Assembly: GCF_009914755.1 (NCBI RefSeq)
Contig: NC_060944.1
From: the human T2T-CHM13v2.0 reference genome, Homo sapiens
Length of the DNA: 64,000 nt
Reading direction: 5' to 3' (one strand)
Below the pieces are notes generated by a model. The model ran no database searches. It was not told the DNA's origin and was given only the letters and a program-made list of their open reading frames with translations. The translations under genes and the position numbers were made by a program. Positions 41,419-54,894 of this stretch are shown one piece after another; position 1 is the stretch's first letter; the number at the start of each line of letters is the position of its first letter.

Positions 41419-41690
41419 TGACATCACTCCGCCGCCGCTGGCCTGATTACAGCTGGGGGGATTTTCCTGGGCGCGCGGCGGGCCAGGCTGAGATGGGGGA
41501 GCTCTCCGGTGCTGAAAGGGGCGGGGGCGCGGGCTCGCTGCGCTGCGCTGCGCTGCGCTGCGCCCCCAGAAGGCGGAGGCGGCCGGGCCGGGCCGGGCCG
41601 GGGGTGGGCGGGGGCGGGCCCGGGGCGGCCCAGGGCGGGGCCCGCCGCTTCCCCCGCCCTCATTGGCCGCTGGCGGACTCACGTCACCCG
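41419..41690 (+). promoter_or_regulatory. PCSK2: PCSK2 proximal promoter motifs
   Basis: CRE-like TGACATCA 41419-41426 and TCACGTCA 41679-41686; EGR1 consensus GCGGGGGCG 41608-41616; several GGGCGG Sp1 boxes; inverted CCAAT (ATTGG) 41662-41666; (CGCTG)5 repeat ~41536-41560. Confidence 0.8.
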
Positions 41691-42043
41691 AGCTGGTGCT
41701 CTCCCCCAGCCCCTAGGGAATTGGAGCTGAGGAGGAGCTGAAAATGCAGATTTAGCATCAAGCACAGACCTACACTCGCTCTTTCTCTCCGGTACACACA
41801 GCTCCCCACATTCTCACCCCTGCCCGCGCGCCGGGCCGCCTGACTGCACGGCTTCCCCTCCAGCCAGATGCTGGAGAACACACACTGATTCGCTGCTTTC
41901 CAAGACCCTGTTCAGTCTCTTTCTCTATACAAAGATTTTTTTAAAAACTATATATAAGAATTCTTTATTTGCACCCTCCCTCCGAGTCCCCTGCTCCGCC
42001 AGCCTGCGCGCCTCCTAGCACCACTTTTCACTCCCAAAGAAGG

Positions 42044-42220
42044 ATGAAGGGTGGTTGTGTCTCCCAGTGGAAGGCGGCCGCCGGGTTCCTCTTCTGTGTC
42101 ATGGTTTTTGCATCTGCTGAGCGACCGGTCTTCACGAATCATTTTCTTGTGGAGTTGCATAAAGGGGGAGAGGACAAAGCTCGCCAAGTTGCAGCAGAAC
42201 ACGGCTTTGGAGTCCGAAAG
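42044..42220 (+). CDS. PCSK2: Proprotein convertase subtilisin/kexin type 2 (PC2), coding exon 1
   Basis: MKGGCVSQWKAAAGFLFCVMVFASAERPVFTNHFLVELHKGGEDKARQVAAEHGFGVRK is the recognised PC2 signal peptide and prodomain start; 177 nt; phase-0 donor AAG|GTAAGC. Confidence 0.98.
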
Positions 42221-43824
42221 GTAAGCTCTCCCATGCATTTCGCATGTTGTTTCAAAACGGGGGGACGGGGGGGCAGCCCTGCGCAATCTCATTGCAGATT
42301 TGCAAGTTTTCTCTCTTTCTCATGCGATGCAGATATTCTGCCATGGGCTCTTTAACACGATATTGCCTCCGGTGATCTTTCACCGGTTATGTAATTAAAA
42401 TGTCCTTCATCTGTACTAGTAAGGTCATCAAAATAATTTACTGCTCTTTGACTTGATGGCGAAAATAGGATAACACCTTTCACAGGATGCCATGCTCCGG
42501 GGATGCTGTCCGAGGTACCAAGTTCTCGAGGCTGCCTGGGGATGGAGGGATGAAGCCCTGAACAGCTAAGCCTGGCGTTGGCTACTTGGCCAGGGAAGTC
42601 TCCCCCACCCCCATCCCCCGGAGAAAGAATAGTTTCCTACAGACGAGGCTGGACGTTTGGACACTGCAATTCACCTCGGTGTTTCTCCCACCCCGCGCCG
42701 GGAGGACTTCCCTCCCAGGGACTTCGGTCCCTGCTCCTCTCCGGGAACAACGGCTTCCTGACTCTAGATTTGGAAAGAAACTGGTCTCTAAAATCGGGGC
42801 GGAACTTCTGCGCCCTCACCCCCGCCCACGACCGCCCACCCCTGGAGCGCACTTCTGGTTGGCTCCCTAGTTCTCAACTCCCGGCTACAGGAGCTGGAGA
42901 GGTGGATTTTGAGGGGGATTCCCTACGGAGAAGTCGAGGTGTCCTCTCCTGATGCGTGGGCGGCCAGCCTGGCTTTCCCACTAGAGCGTGGGGATCCCCA
43001 TTCCAAGAAGTTGCCAGAGTTCGACAGTTTGAGCAGATAGGTGAGCCTCCCAGCTTTGGACACCTTGGATCTCCTTTGGAGACTCCAGGGTACTCATCCT
43101 GGGAGGACAGAGAGAAGGGCGCTGGGTGGGGGCTGTGGCTGACCTGCGTGTCTCTCCTGCAAAAGATGTATCAGGGTTCTCCAGTGTCCTTAGGGGACCT
43201 GGCGCAGGCTGGGGTGGAGTGTGGGTGCAGAGAGAAGGTGGGGCGAGGGGAACCCAAAGGACAGAGATGTGGCTACCAGAGGGCTGGGTGGAGGTCCCTG
43301 AGATTTTAGGCTCCATCTCGCTCCTGATCCCAGGAAGAGAGAGGAGTGAGATGAGCGGTGGGTGCTTTTGGTTATTGGTTTTGCCTTGAAGGGCCGCGCA
43401 GACCGAAGCTCTTATTAGTCTCTTCTGTCCTGACTTCCCAAGCCTCCCGCCTCTCTCCCAGCCACCGCCAGGGCTCCTCCAGGTGTGGGGGCCTCTCCCT
43501 CCTCCTAAGGGCGTAGGCAGTACCGGAATTTCGACCCCAGAAGGGTCTGGCGACGAGTTTGACAGAGGTCTGGGAAGAGGCTCTGGGTCCGCCGGTGGCG
43601 CGCGGGCGGGTCTTGCGGAAAGGAACTTGTTGCTCTGGAAAGCGTGGGTGGAGCAGGGGAAAGAAGGCGCCGGCGGAGGGAGCACCCCGCTGTGGTTTTG
43701 GCCCGTGGCCTGCCGGCTGTTTTGAGAGACACCAACACAATAAAGAAGCCGACCTTCCTTCTTCACTCCCCCCCACCCCAAACTTGGCAAGACCCAGGAC
43801 CCAAACGCCATTATAAAATATAAT

Positions 43825-45530
43825 AGTGATTATTATTAGTTATACGGAAGCTTACGTGCTGGAGTCCTTACATAGATTTTTACTTAATCTTCTCAACATC
43901 TCTGAGGAGGCTACTATCATTATTGAGCCTATGGCCCCGTTGAGGAAATTGGTTCAGAAAAGGGTGCGAGATAAAAACAGGCAAGGGCTTCAATCCAGAT
44001 CTTTCAGAAGTGAACCCATGCTCTTTACTCCTTAGTACCCACCCAAGCAAGCTAGGTGCTTTCAGGGGATGTGGGGCATTGAGATAAGTTGAAAAGGGAT
44101 TTTAATTCTTGAGTGTGATCTTGCTGCAGAAACCTGTGGCTCCCTCCCCCTCCCCCACACCTTTTCATGGGTGCGGGGGAGTGGGAGGGAGCCATAGGTT
44201 TCTGAAAACCATTGTTCTCAGTGGTTTTCTCTTCTCTTTGCTGCCCCCTTTGAAAATGTGCCCTTAGGATCAGAGATCAGATAACTAGGCCTCTTTGTCC
44301 TTCATTCTTTCTTGGAGAGGAGCACACTGATTTTGCATCACAACCTGAAACCTGCAGTTCCCATCTGAGAGACCTCTCTCCTTACTTCTCCATAACCTCT
44401 CAGGTAGTACCCCACAACCAAATCCAGTGATTTTTTTTCCCCTTTTACACGTTTAAGTAACAGGGACTGCCTGGTGCAACATCTGCCTAGAATAAACCTC
44501 CTTTTGGATCCATGTCTTGTCCATTCTTCAAGACCTAAATTCAAACCTTTCCTGATGCTACAGACCACAGTGAGCTTTCCCTCCTCCAAATTTTTATGCG
44601 ACTGATAGGCAAACACTGCACTACATAAGCTAATAAATGCCATCACTTTTCCTCATTGTTTCAGGTATATAAGTAAATATGGGTTCAGTTGTTGTATTTC
44701 TACTTAAAAGGTAAATATTCAGGGATGATACCTCCTATATTTCTCATTTCCTCCCTGTAACCAGCACATTACTGTTTTGCCAGCCTTGAAGGAAACTTCC
44801 TTGTCTGTATTTATTATCCCAGGTTTCCCAGACACCGTCCTATCTTGCTTTCATCATACTGTTTTGTACTTTTGCCAACATTTGTTATTGTGCATCTTAG
44901 AGGCCCTTATGTCCTTCTCCTTCCTTGCTCTGATGCTTAGCATGCTTCCCAACTCCCTACTGCTCCCTGCTCCGAGGCTCAGTGTCAGACACAAAAGATT
45001 CTCAGTGGTTATTTATTCTCCATATGAAAGGTCAGCAATGGAGGCTAGAAGAACATGCTTTCTTATTAAATTATCTCATTCTAAGCTCACAAATCTATGA
45101 GAGAAATTACTGGCATCAGCTGTAATTCTCAGATGAAAACCTTAAGGCCTTGAGAAGTTAAGTATCTGCTTATATCTGAGAAGTAAAAGAACTCAGACTT
45201 AAAACCAAATTTGCTTAACTGAAAAATAATTGCTTTTCTACATCATGCTGCCTCCAGGAAGCCTTCCCTGACTGCCAAGAACTCTTCCCTTGAGACACAA
45301 TTTTAGAGCTCTGCTATTTTCCCTTTTCTTTTTACTTTTATTATATTTATCATTTATTTTCTATTAACACATGAACATGTCATTAGCTAATGGGTACGTG
45401 TATTTATGTCTTCAGGTAGACTATAAATCTTCCAAGAGGAGAAATGACATACTATATCTTTATATAGTCTCCATATCTAGCATGGTGGCCTGTATATGAA
45501 TATTTAATTGTTTGTCAATTATTTGATTGA
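43825..45530. mobile_element. Cluster of MIR and L2 fragments
   Basis: TGAGGAAATTGGTTCAGAAAGGG (MIR), AGAATAAACCTCC..., CCTCCAGGAAGCCTTCCCTGAC (L2); limits approximate. Confidence 0.55.
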
Positions 45531-46059
45531 TTCTTATAAGACCATGAACAAACATTTGTTTTCTCTCTAAAATGAAATAAAAGCACCTATAACTTTACCT
45601 CTGAAAAGGTTATGGAGATTAAAGCTTTCTATTTTATCATGACCTGGCCCTGGCCCAAAGACCTATGTCCATCAGAAAAGATACTTAAGTCTAGGAGAGT
45701 GAATGAGTTTACAGTAATGACAAAGGCATTATTCCAAAGAGTGCCTTAAAATTCTCAAAATGCTACTAATTTTAATTGATTTGAAACAGAAAACAAAAAT
45801 TATTTATTGAAGCAACCTGTTGAAGATTAACCAAAAATCAAGTGAGAGTTAGGGTTTAAAAAGAACCTGATATTATCCTAGGGGTTTCATTGTATTATGG
45901 TGTGTTTTATGTTTTATCCACAGAGGACAGATGCTGAAATGATTACACAAGTAAAATCATGTGACCATTTTTATAATGTGTGAGAATTTTTTAATTTTGA
46001 AAACAACCTAATAATCATTATGCTGCCAGGTAGTAAAAAATTAATAAATTTCTGGTCGC

Positions 46060-47350
46060 TTCACTTTTATTAAAGTATAATTTAGGAAAGAACACAGCTT
46101 AGGGAATTTTCACAAACTGAGCACACATGTGTAACCAGCACCCAAATCAAGAAATAAAATATTACCAGTATCCCTAAGTCCTTTTCTCACTCACTTGCTT
46201 TGTTTTCAGGTTTTAGCTATTATAAATATAGCTTTTGTGGATATTAAAGTCTACGTATTTTGGCAAACACATATATGGCCTTCTACAGGGAATCCTAGAA
46301 ATGGAATTGTTGAGTAAAAGGATATGCATGCATACAGCTTTATAAGACCATCAGTTTTCTATTGCTGTGTATCACTAAAAAACTTAGTGGCCTAAAACCA
46401 CACAAGTTTGTTATTTCACAGTTTTCATGGGTAAGGAGTCTGGCACATTTTAGTTGGGTCCTCTGCTCGAGTCTTCACAGGCTGAAATCAAGGTATAGGC
46501 TGCTGGGTCCCATCTAGAGGCATGACCAAGAAACAACCCTCTTCTGAGCATTTTCACGGCTTTAAAGGAATTGAGTTTCTTGTGGTTTTAGACCTGAAGT
46601 CTTTATTTTCTTGCTGGCTGCTGGGCCAGGACCACTCTCATCCCCTGGAGACCTCTCCATAGCCCTCTCACACCTCACCCTTCAAATATCTGCCTTCAGG
46701 AAGAGCCCACTCTCCTTGCAAGGTTAACCTGATTCGTTCAAGCCCACCAGGATTGTTTTCCTTTTGGTTCTTCTGATGAACTCAGAGTCAACTGATTTAG
46801 GACTTTAATAACATTTGATAAATCTCTTCACCTTTGCGTAATCTAATCACAGAAGTGAAATCTATCATCTTCACAGTCCCACCTAGGCTGTCCACACTCA
46901 AAAGGAAGATGATTACATAGGGCATGTACATCAGGGAGCAGAAATCTTGGGGGCCATCTCAGAATTCTGCCGGCTACAGACAAACAGCCACATGGCTTTC
47001 CTAAGTAGTTATACCAATTTACATTCCCTTCAGCAGTATGTGAGAGTTCCAGCTGCTCCACATTCTCACCAACACTAGATATTTTACATCTGTTTTCTTT
47101 TAGCCATTCTGGTGGTATGTAGTAGTGTCTCATCGTGACTTTAATTTGAATTTCCCTGATTATCAACTGAAGTTAAACACCTCTTCATATGCTTATTGAT
47201 GATTTGGATATCCTCTTTTAAACACATTTGTTTCAGATGCTTTGTCCTGAAAAGTTTTTCTTTTGGGTTGTCGATCTTCACTTTTTATTTGTAGGATTTC
47301 TTTACCTATGATGGATAGAAATTTTTGGTCAGATATATGTATTTTGAATA
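46060..47350 (-). mobile_element. Antisense L1M interrupted by an MLT1 LTR (~46350-46978)
   Basis: L1 motifs AAATGGAATTGTTGAGT and CCAATTTACATTCCC...TTAATTTGAATTTCCCTGAT flank MLT1 motifs CTTAGTGGCCTAAAAC...GGCTGAAATCAAGGT...GGGGCCATCTCAGAATTCTGCC. Confidence 0.75.
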
Positions 47351-48455
47351 TTTGATACCACCCATTTAATGATATCGTAATGTCACAACAATGTTCAATC
47401 CAGATTATATGCTTTTACTTCTACTTTGTCAGGCAGCCAATTGTAAGTCAAAGGAAGAATTATCTTGCAGTATTTCCACATCCCCTATCCCAAAGTTCTT
47501 TAGATCAAAATTGACAATATTTGGAGGAAAAAAATAAAAACAGCATATAGATTTGATCATAAGCATTCCCTGAAAGATTTCAATCTAAGAAGACTTTAAG
47601 GGACAGTTCTTCTGGAACTAAAAGATTTTCCACAGTAGCTAAGGGAAAATAGCAACCTGTAACCTTGCTTCCCTAGACATGGCTGCCATTCATGTTGTGC
47701 CTTAGATCGAATCCAAGCTCATCCCTCAAGACCTGTCTGGTTGACCTAGACCACAGTGTTCTCTATCCATTTGGTGCTTTGATGATGTATAATCGATTCC
47801 TTTCCCTGATACCAGTCATAGCCATCAGAACGCTCACTGTCCCCAATACACCTCTTGTGGCTGAAGAAAATGAGGAACAATAATATTGAAAGGTAAAGAT
47901 GACAGGATTTGGAATCAGATAGCACTGGAAACTTGGCTAGGTTACTAAATCTCTCAGAGGCTCATTGTCTTCTGAAAATGGTTAATAAAATATGGTGGCT
48001 GTGAAAAATAAATAATGTAGTTAGTGCATGTAAAGTTCTGGGCACAGCACTGAGTGCATAGGATAAAATAGCTATTACTGCAGTAGTAACAATAAGCTGG
48101 TTGTGCACTAGTGACACTCTTTTCCTCAAAAAAGTAGCTGTGGGTTATACTTGTGAGGGAGTGACAACTGATTGAGTAAGGAATAGGAACCCAGCCCAGC
48201 AGCAATCCACCCATGGGCTAGTCATGACCCATGAGATGACCTGGCCCAAATTCAGTAAATTTAATTCATTATAGACCATGGTAATTATCTCAGCCAATTA
48301 TACTGGATTCCTCAGGAAATCTGACTGGCTAGTTGCTCTAGAGAGGAGAATGCAGTACAGTTACCATGAGAAAGCCCATTCAGGCCATGGGAAACTCAGA
48401 CATTTTATCTAAGTTTCTAATAGCTTTCCAACCCCAGTTTCCAGCAAAAGACGCC

Positions 48456-48836
48456 TGTAACAGGCTGAAGAGCTAAGCACCAGATTCATTGCTCCTTCTT
48501 CATGGGCTGCAGCAAGACCACATTTCCCAGCCTGCCTTGTAAATAAGCGTGATCATGTGACAATTCTAGCCTGTGTAATGCAAGCAGAAGTCATGTGTAC
48601 TTCTTCCATGCCTGATGCATAAGAATTCTCTATCGATTGTTTCTCTGTGTTCTGCTCTCCTCTGGGGCTTGATGTAATTGAGAACAGTACATTTTGACAC
48701 CAAATGCCAAAGCAGCATCACAAGATGAAAGGAGCCCAGGTCCCTGGTCCGTGAATTAGAAGACCTTATATGAGTGAGAAATAAACTGCTATTACATTAA
48801 GACACTGAGATTTGGGAGTACTGCCCAAACTAATAT
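48456..48836 (+). mobile_element. MLT1-type MaLR LTR
   Basis: CATTTCCCAGCCTGCCTTG...CATGTGACAATTCTAGCC...TGAGTGAGAAATAAACT...CACTGAGATTTGGG. Confidence 0.7.
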
Positions 48837-51800
48837 GCTGTCAGTAAATATCCCTTTGCTTAAGTTGCTAGAGTGAATCTCTAAACCTCGAAGGCAAACC
48901 GAGCCAGATCACAACAAAAATTGTTCCAAAGTTTTGTGAGAGCACACATATTTTCACCATATACTACCAAACAACTTTTCAAATATTTGTGATTTGTCTT
49001 CTCCAGCAACAAATAGAACTCATTCTACACACTGTTCTTCCTGCTGGCATCCAACGTGCCCTACTCATAATAGGTGTTTAATATGTGCTCCTTGACTATG
49101 ACTACAGTTGGACCACAAGGTGGTGATTTGTCCATAATCTCAGGTTGAAGGTGCTGGAAAAACTATTTTTTAAGAAACTGTTCCTGTAGAATCCATTTCT
49201 CTATAGGCAGCCATTCAGCTAGGAAATAGAATTAAGTGACAACCAGCAAGTGGGCAACTGGCATGCTTCTTTGTTTCTCTAAAATTCCCCAACTTCGATA
49301 TTATCAGTAGTAGAACAGATGAGCTCTTTGAACAAAGAAAGTAAAGTCTGCAGTTACAACCTGATCAAAATCCAAAAGAAGGGAAAGAGGGGAAATACAC
49401 CTTTTTTTCTCAATTGAATGAATATCTAGAAATCAATTTCTATTTCAGAAGGTCTTATTAGCTATAGATCATAACGTCATAGCACATCAGATAGTGATGC
49501 TATAGTTAGGTTCACAATAATTATATATTCCACTCAAACTAACTGCTCAAAGAGGTCTGGCTTTAAGAATAAAACATGAAATCTGAAGTTCAATTTTTCA
49601 TTGAGTTCAGATCCAACGTTTCAAAAAGAAACTCTGTGCTGAATTTGTGAATTATTATTTGAGATACAAATAATCACGGGACAGCTCAAAAACTGACATT
49701 TCTATTTGACTTTCCTTATTAAGGTGTATTTATTTAGCTAAAGTCCACAAGTGATTAAGAAGTCAAGAAATTACATCTGAGTCAACACTTCAGTCTGAAA
49801 TGTATAGTTGTGTATTAATGGATGGTTTATATGCGAGACACATATGAAAATAATTTAACTGCCTTGACAATTTTTTGTCACTGAAGCTAATTTGACCACA
49901 ACTTTTTGGAAATTGTTGTGATGTGCTGAGATTGTCGATAAAAATAATTGAATAAAACAAGTTCTTACATTGAAAGTAGAACAATGACACACTCTTAATT
50001 TCCTGACATAAAGTAGACTTCAGACTGTTACAGCGTATTGGCAGTTTCTCCATTAGAAAATTGACAAGAATGGGGAGAAAACTGTAGGATCCTGGGGTTG
50101 CTCTTTGTTTACAACTTTAAATTTGACATTAACTTCCATAAATATCCAATTGTTCTCCTAGTTTTTCCTAAATAGATTCATTTCATGCTCATTTTGTATC
50201 AAAGGCAAAAGAGTCCAAAGAAAAGTGAACAATATACAGAATCACTATTGGAAGCATCAAGAACATAAAGATAATAACTTAGGTTTAAAACATTTGCAAA
50301 GTGTTGTAAGTCATTAGAGAAAAAAGTTTTGACCTGGAATATTTGGGTTTCACTCTTCTAAAGTTTTAAGTAGAGGGCAAAGAGATTGTCAGCCTTGCTT
50401 TCTGTGTAAACACAGTGTCTGGCAAAACTAAGTCTACAGGAAATATTTGTTGAATGAATTACTTGATTGATGTTGGTATTAGATGTAGTAGACAATTGAA
50501 TATCTTTCCTCTTAAGATTTAAACAATGACACACACAAACAAAAAAGTGAATCCTTCCATTTGTGAGATGGTAAACATCTCAATGTCAAGACAGTATTTT
50601 TACACATTGCAATATTCATGAATACCGTGAGTGGACATAATCAAATTAAATCACGAGATAAGTTAGGAACCCTGATAATATGAAAAATGTAATAACTTTG
50701 ATATTTTTGTCAGAATCACTCATCATTATTTTAAAAAATACCAAGTAATAAAAAAATACAAGAAGGTCTTTTTTAATTATCTCAAATCTCATTATTCAGA
50801 AATAACCATTACCAGCTTTAGATAAACTCTATTGCAGATACTTCTGTATGAATATGTATAGAGAGAAGAGAGATATATAAATTGTTTTATAGAGCTGAGA
50901 TCTCATCATATGTGCTATTTTAAGTTTTAAATCATTCAGTTTAATTATTATAAAATTTAACAGAAGAGAAAATCAAAAGAAAACTATGGAAATTGTTAAA
51001 CTTCAGATAAATATGCTATACAAAGGAGATATTATTTCCTAATATACCTCCCTAAAATTCATAAGAAATTATTGTGTCTCATATTTAGGAGTTTGTAGTT
51101 ACATATTTTATACATACATGGTAGATAGGTTACATATATTTAATTACATGTTTACTTATTTAATTACATAATTCAACTTTTGTGAGTTATGGACTCAGTG
51201 CTTTGTAAAATGGGGAAATTAGCATCCTGACACTTTCTCTCAGCTTCCCTACTTCCACATTCCAATGTTTGTTAGGTATATCATTATTTTTGCATTGTGT
51301 TACATATAAATATTAACCTTCTACTAATAACCATAATTTATAGTATTGCTTATATTAGTTCTTTCTTAAAATTCTAATGTTACCACAAGTCCTTTTATCA
51401 GAACTTCAATTACAAATTCATTTTTATTCATCTTTTCAGTAGCTAGGTTTTACTGAAACATGAAGAAATTAGCCTAAGCATGAAAAAGGAGCTGTCTCAG
51501 TTTCAGATTAAAGGGGAAAAAATTGGCAGGGGAAGTCCTGTTTTTAGGTCACAGAGGAGAATGTGGTGATAATATCCACTTAGGAATCACAATTATTTCA
51601 GAGGATTAAGAGGCAAGGTCAATGTTCAGAGGGAAGGAAGAGGTGTTAGGATGGGGGCTTCAAGGAGATGGAAGTTCAGACACTGCTAGTAGACATGAGA
51701 GAGGGAGTGGACAAAGGACAGATCATGATTTCTGGGCAGTACTGCAGAGGCAAGTGGGAAAGAATGGATTTATGGTGGCACCAGCAGACATCTTAAGCAT

Positions 51801-52387
51801 GTCTTAAGCAACATTCAGATTAGGGTTGAGAGGTGAGAGAAATGGAATCTTCCAAATAATAGAGTGTCAATGAAATAGAAGAATAGGTAAATTGGAAATA
51901 ACAGTGAGAGAGATGAAAGGGAGAGAGCTATGGTTGGTGAGTGGGATATTGAAGCTCAAGGCTCCAAAAATTGAGCACTTCCAGATAATGATGAAGTTCA
52001 TGGAAGTGAATTATCAAAGTAAAAAGGAGATGAAGGTGATCAAGACACTAAAAGTAACATGCACAAGGATTTGTTCACATACACCTCATTCATGCTATGG
52101 CAAGAAATAGGATTGTCAAGGAAGACTGTTGAGAGAAAACAAAGCGAAGTCCTAGGACAAAATGTTGGAGAACTTTGGACATGAAAGGAGAAAGAGGAAC
52201 CAGGAGAGGAGTCAGAACTTGGACGGTTAGAGATATGGAAAAAGAATCAAGAGCACACAGGCCTGTGAAAGGAAAGGAGGAGAGAGTTAAGAAGGAAAGA
52301 AGGAAGCAACCTCAGCCACTGGTTTTAGAGACAAAGTCATTGTTGAAATAGGAGGAGTCACCCTAGCACAGTGGAAGAGGAGATGAG

Positions 52388-52857
52388 TGTTAATTTGGGT
52401 CCCCAGATGTAGGCCCTGGAATAAGGACTTAAATGCAAGTAGTTTACTTAAAGAGTGATTCTACAAAATACTGGTAAAGGAGTGGGGAATTGAGATAAGG
52501 AAAGGAAGGCAGGAATAAAGGGTACATCATAAAGCAAGTTGTCACTGTGGGTAACTGGAACTCAATCCCACTGGAAAACTGGGAGCTGGTGTAGAATATG
52601 TGCTTCAGAGTTATCCTGCCTGAGGGGTGAGGAAGTTGGGGTATTTATACACGCATTGCATTGACATATTAATTAATGATTGAGAGTTACTCCAGGCTGA
52701 TGTTAACACTCCAGCATTTTGTCCTGGCATATGCTCAGACAGAGCAGAATTTGGCCATCCAGAAAAATACTTGCAAACAGATGCAGAGGCTGGCACCCAC
52801 AAAATGGTAAGGCCTATCCAAGAGGATCTGAGTGTGAAAGTAAACATGTCTGCTACA
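52388..52857 (-). mobile_element. LTR16-like ERVL solo LTR
   Basis: AAGGACTTAAATGCAAGTAGTTTA...CACTGTGGGTAACTGGAACTCAATCCCACTGG...TCAGAGTTATCC...TGGGGTATTTATAC. Confidence 0.7.
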
Positions 52858-53167
52858 GGAAAAAAGCCCAATCATGAAGGAAAGCATCAAGTGTGATGAA
52901 GTGGAGGTACCAAATATAGACCATCCCTTCAAGAGGTATAGTGGTTAAAATAGAAAAATAGTGTTACAGTCACTTGATGTGGTTTTAAAGGTATTTATGA
53001 ATTAATAATTTCTTAGCACTTGTCAGACCACTTGGAGATTGCTATCCCACCAGAATATTGTGACATACCTAGCCAATCAAGTCTGCATTACTCTAACTGG
53101 TTTTTCCAGTCATTTACATTTTTACAAATGATAATTATAATTATGAAATTACAGCCTTTCAGAACAG

Positions 53168-53413
53168 GAAGGGATCCTAGAAAGACATTAATTTAACCCT
53201 TCATTTAATAAATGAAGGAAATAAATGAGGGAAAGGGCATCGAACACTATGTTTGTATGCTTAACTATTCCAAAAAGCATTTGAGCCTTGTTGCTCATTG
53301 GCGGTGGTTTAGACAATGCATTATTGATATCACTGAACCAGCTTTCCAGACTGGATGAGATAGACAACTAGATTGGGTGAGACTCCTATAAGTGATTAGC
53401 CACATACACCAAC
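53168..53413 (+). repeat. Likely source of the inverted duplicate at 55547-55782
   Basis: Reverse-complement alignment by eye, e.g. GGTTTAGACAATGCATT / AATGCATTGTCTAAACC and AAAAAGCATTTGAGCCTTGTTGC / GCAACAAGGCTCAAATGCTTTTT. Confidence 0.93.
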
Positions 53414-54576
53414 TTGGTCTGACCATACTAATTCATTTCAGGTCCTCCTGATGTGCTTTTTTGGTTTGTTTTTTTACCATTTTACCCGTAGAATTTTTAT
53501 AAATTCTGATTTTCCAAACAAAGCTATTCATAGACTCAAGGATTCCACACCAACAACCATTGGGTTTACACTTGGTAAAAGACAGAATAGGAATTTATAC
53601 TTCCTTGACTACTCCCTTAGTGACTAAACAGTGCTATATATTTAGTAAGCACTCAATAAATACCAAAATAAATACTGAGAAAAAAATTTAAAGGCTTAGC
53701 ATCATCATTAGATTTTCACTGCACACCCAGCCGATGTCTCATGAGATGGTGCAATCAGGAAAACCAAGTATGCTAGGAAGGGTTATAGGAACATCCTATT
53801 TAGTGCCTGTGTTAAGTGGATTTCCTTAATTGCCCTTAATAGCCTAAAATTTTGTGACTTAATCATTAAGAATCCAGTGACAGAGGAGAATAAGGTGACC
53901 CACAAATCCTATTCCTCTTTGCCTTTAGCTTCTCCTCTATTTCTGTGGGAAGAAAAAATATCACTTTTATCAGGGCACCACCAATTCTCTTCAGTGATGA
54001 TGGAAGCTCAAACCCAAGAAGGTAGTTGACATCCAAGAGTCAATTCTAGTCAGTTCCAGCTGACTATGTTTCTAGGAACTGTCAGCCAAGAATGGGAGAC
54101 CAAGAGAGACCTTGAAGAACCTAAAATGTGGGAAGAAGGATGGGAAACAAGCCATTTGTGATCTCTTGAAGTTCAGTAGCAGCAGCACTTTAGGCAGAGG
54201 AGAAGGGACAGGGATCCTTGGAGAGTTGTGTCTTAAATGAGGTTTGTCATTAACCCAAATTTGGACCCAGCAGCCGAAGCCAGAAACAAACCATTCTGGC
54301 CATAAACTAGAAAATGAGGAGAGGACCAAAGAAGAGTTATGGGAGTTTCAAGCCAATGGACCAAGAAATTAGCAAGAGCTACAGTCATACCACAGGGACG
54401 TATAGAAGGAGAAGATTATTAAGGTCATTCAACAAACATATACTGAGTAAGTTCAGTAAACAAACATAATGCAACACACTAAGACATGGATTTGGGAACA
54501 AGTAAGCAACTGGGATTCAATCTTACTGGCCTAAGATGATTCCAATAGATAGATGAAAAATCAAACCCCAAGGTGA

Positions 54577-54894
<318 letters not shown>

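Larger units (their letters stand above)
40620..43810. promoter_or_regulatory. PCSK2: CpG-island region spanning PCSK2 promoter, exon 1 and start of intron 1
   Basis: Abrupt rise in GC and CpG density relative to AT-rich flanks; limits estimated by eye. Confidence 0.88.

Noticed and set aside
41969-42355. 128-aa ORF as listed
   Set aside because: Starts at a TTG and reads through the splice donor; the real coding part is 42044-42220.
42981-43811. 276-aa antisense ORF and other long ORFs at 40746-43816
   Set aside because: Expected from stop-codon scarcity in a GC-rich island; Pro/Gly/Arg-rich with no domain.
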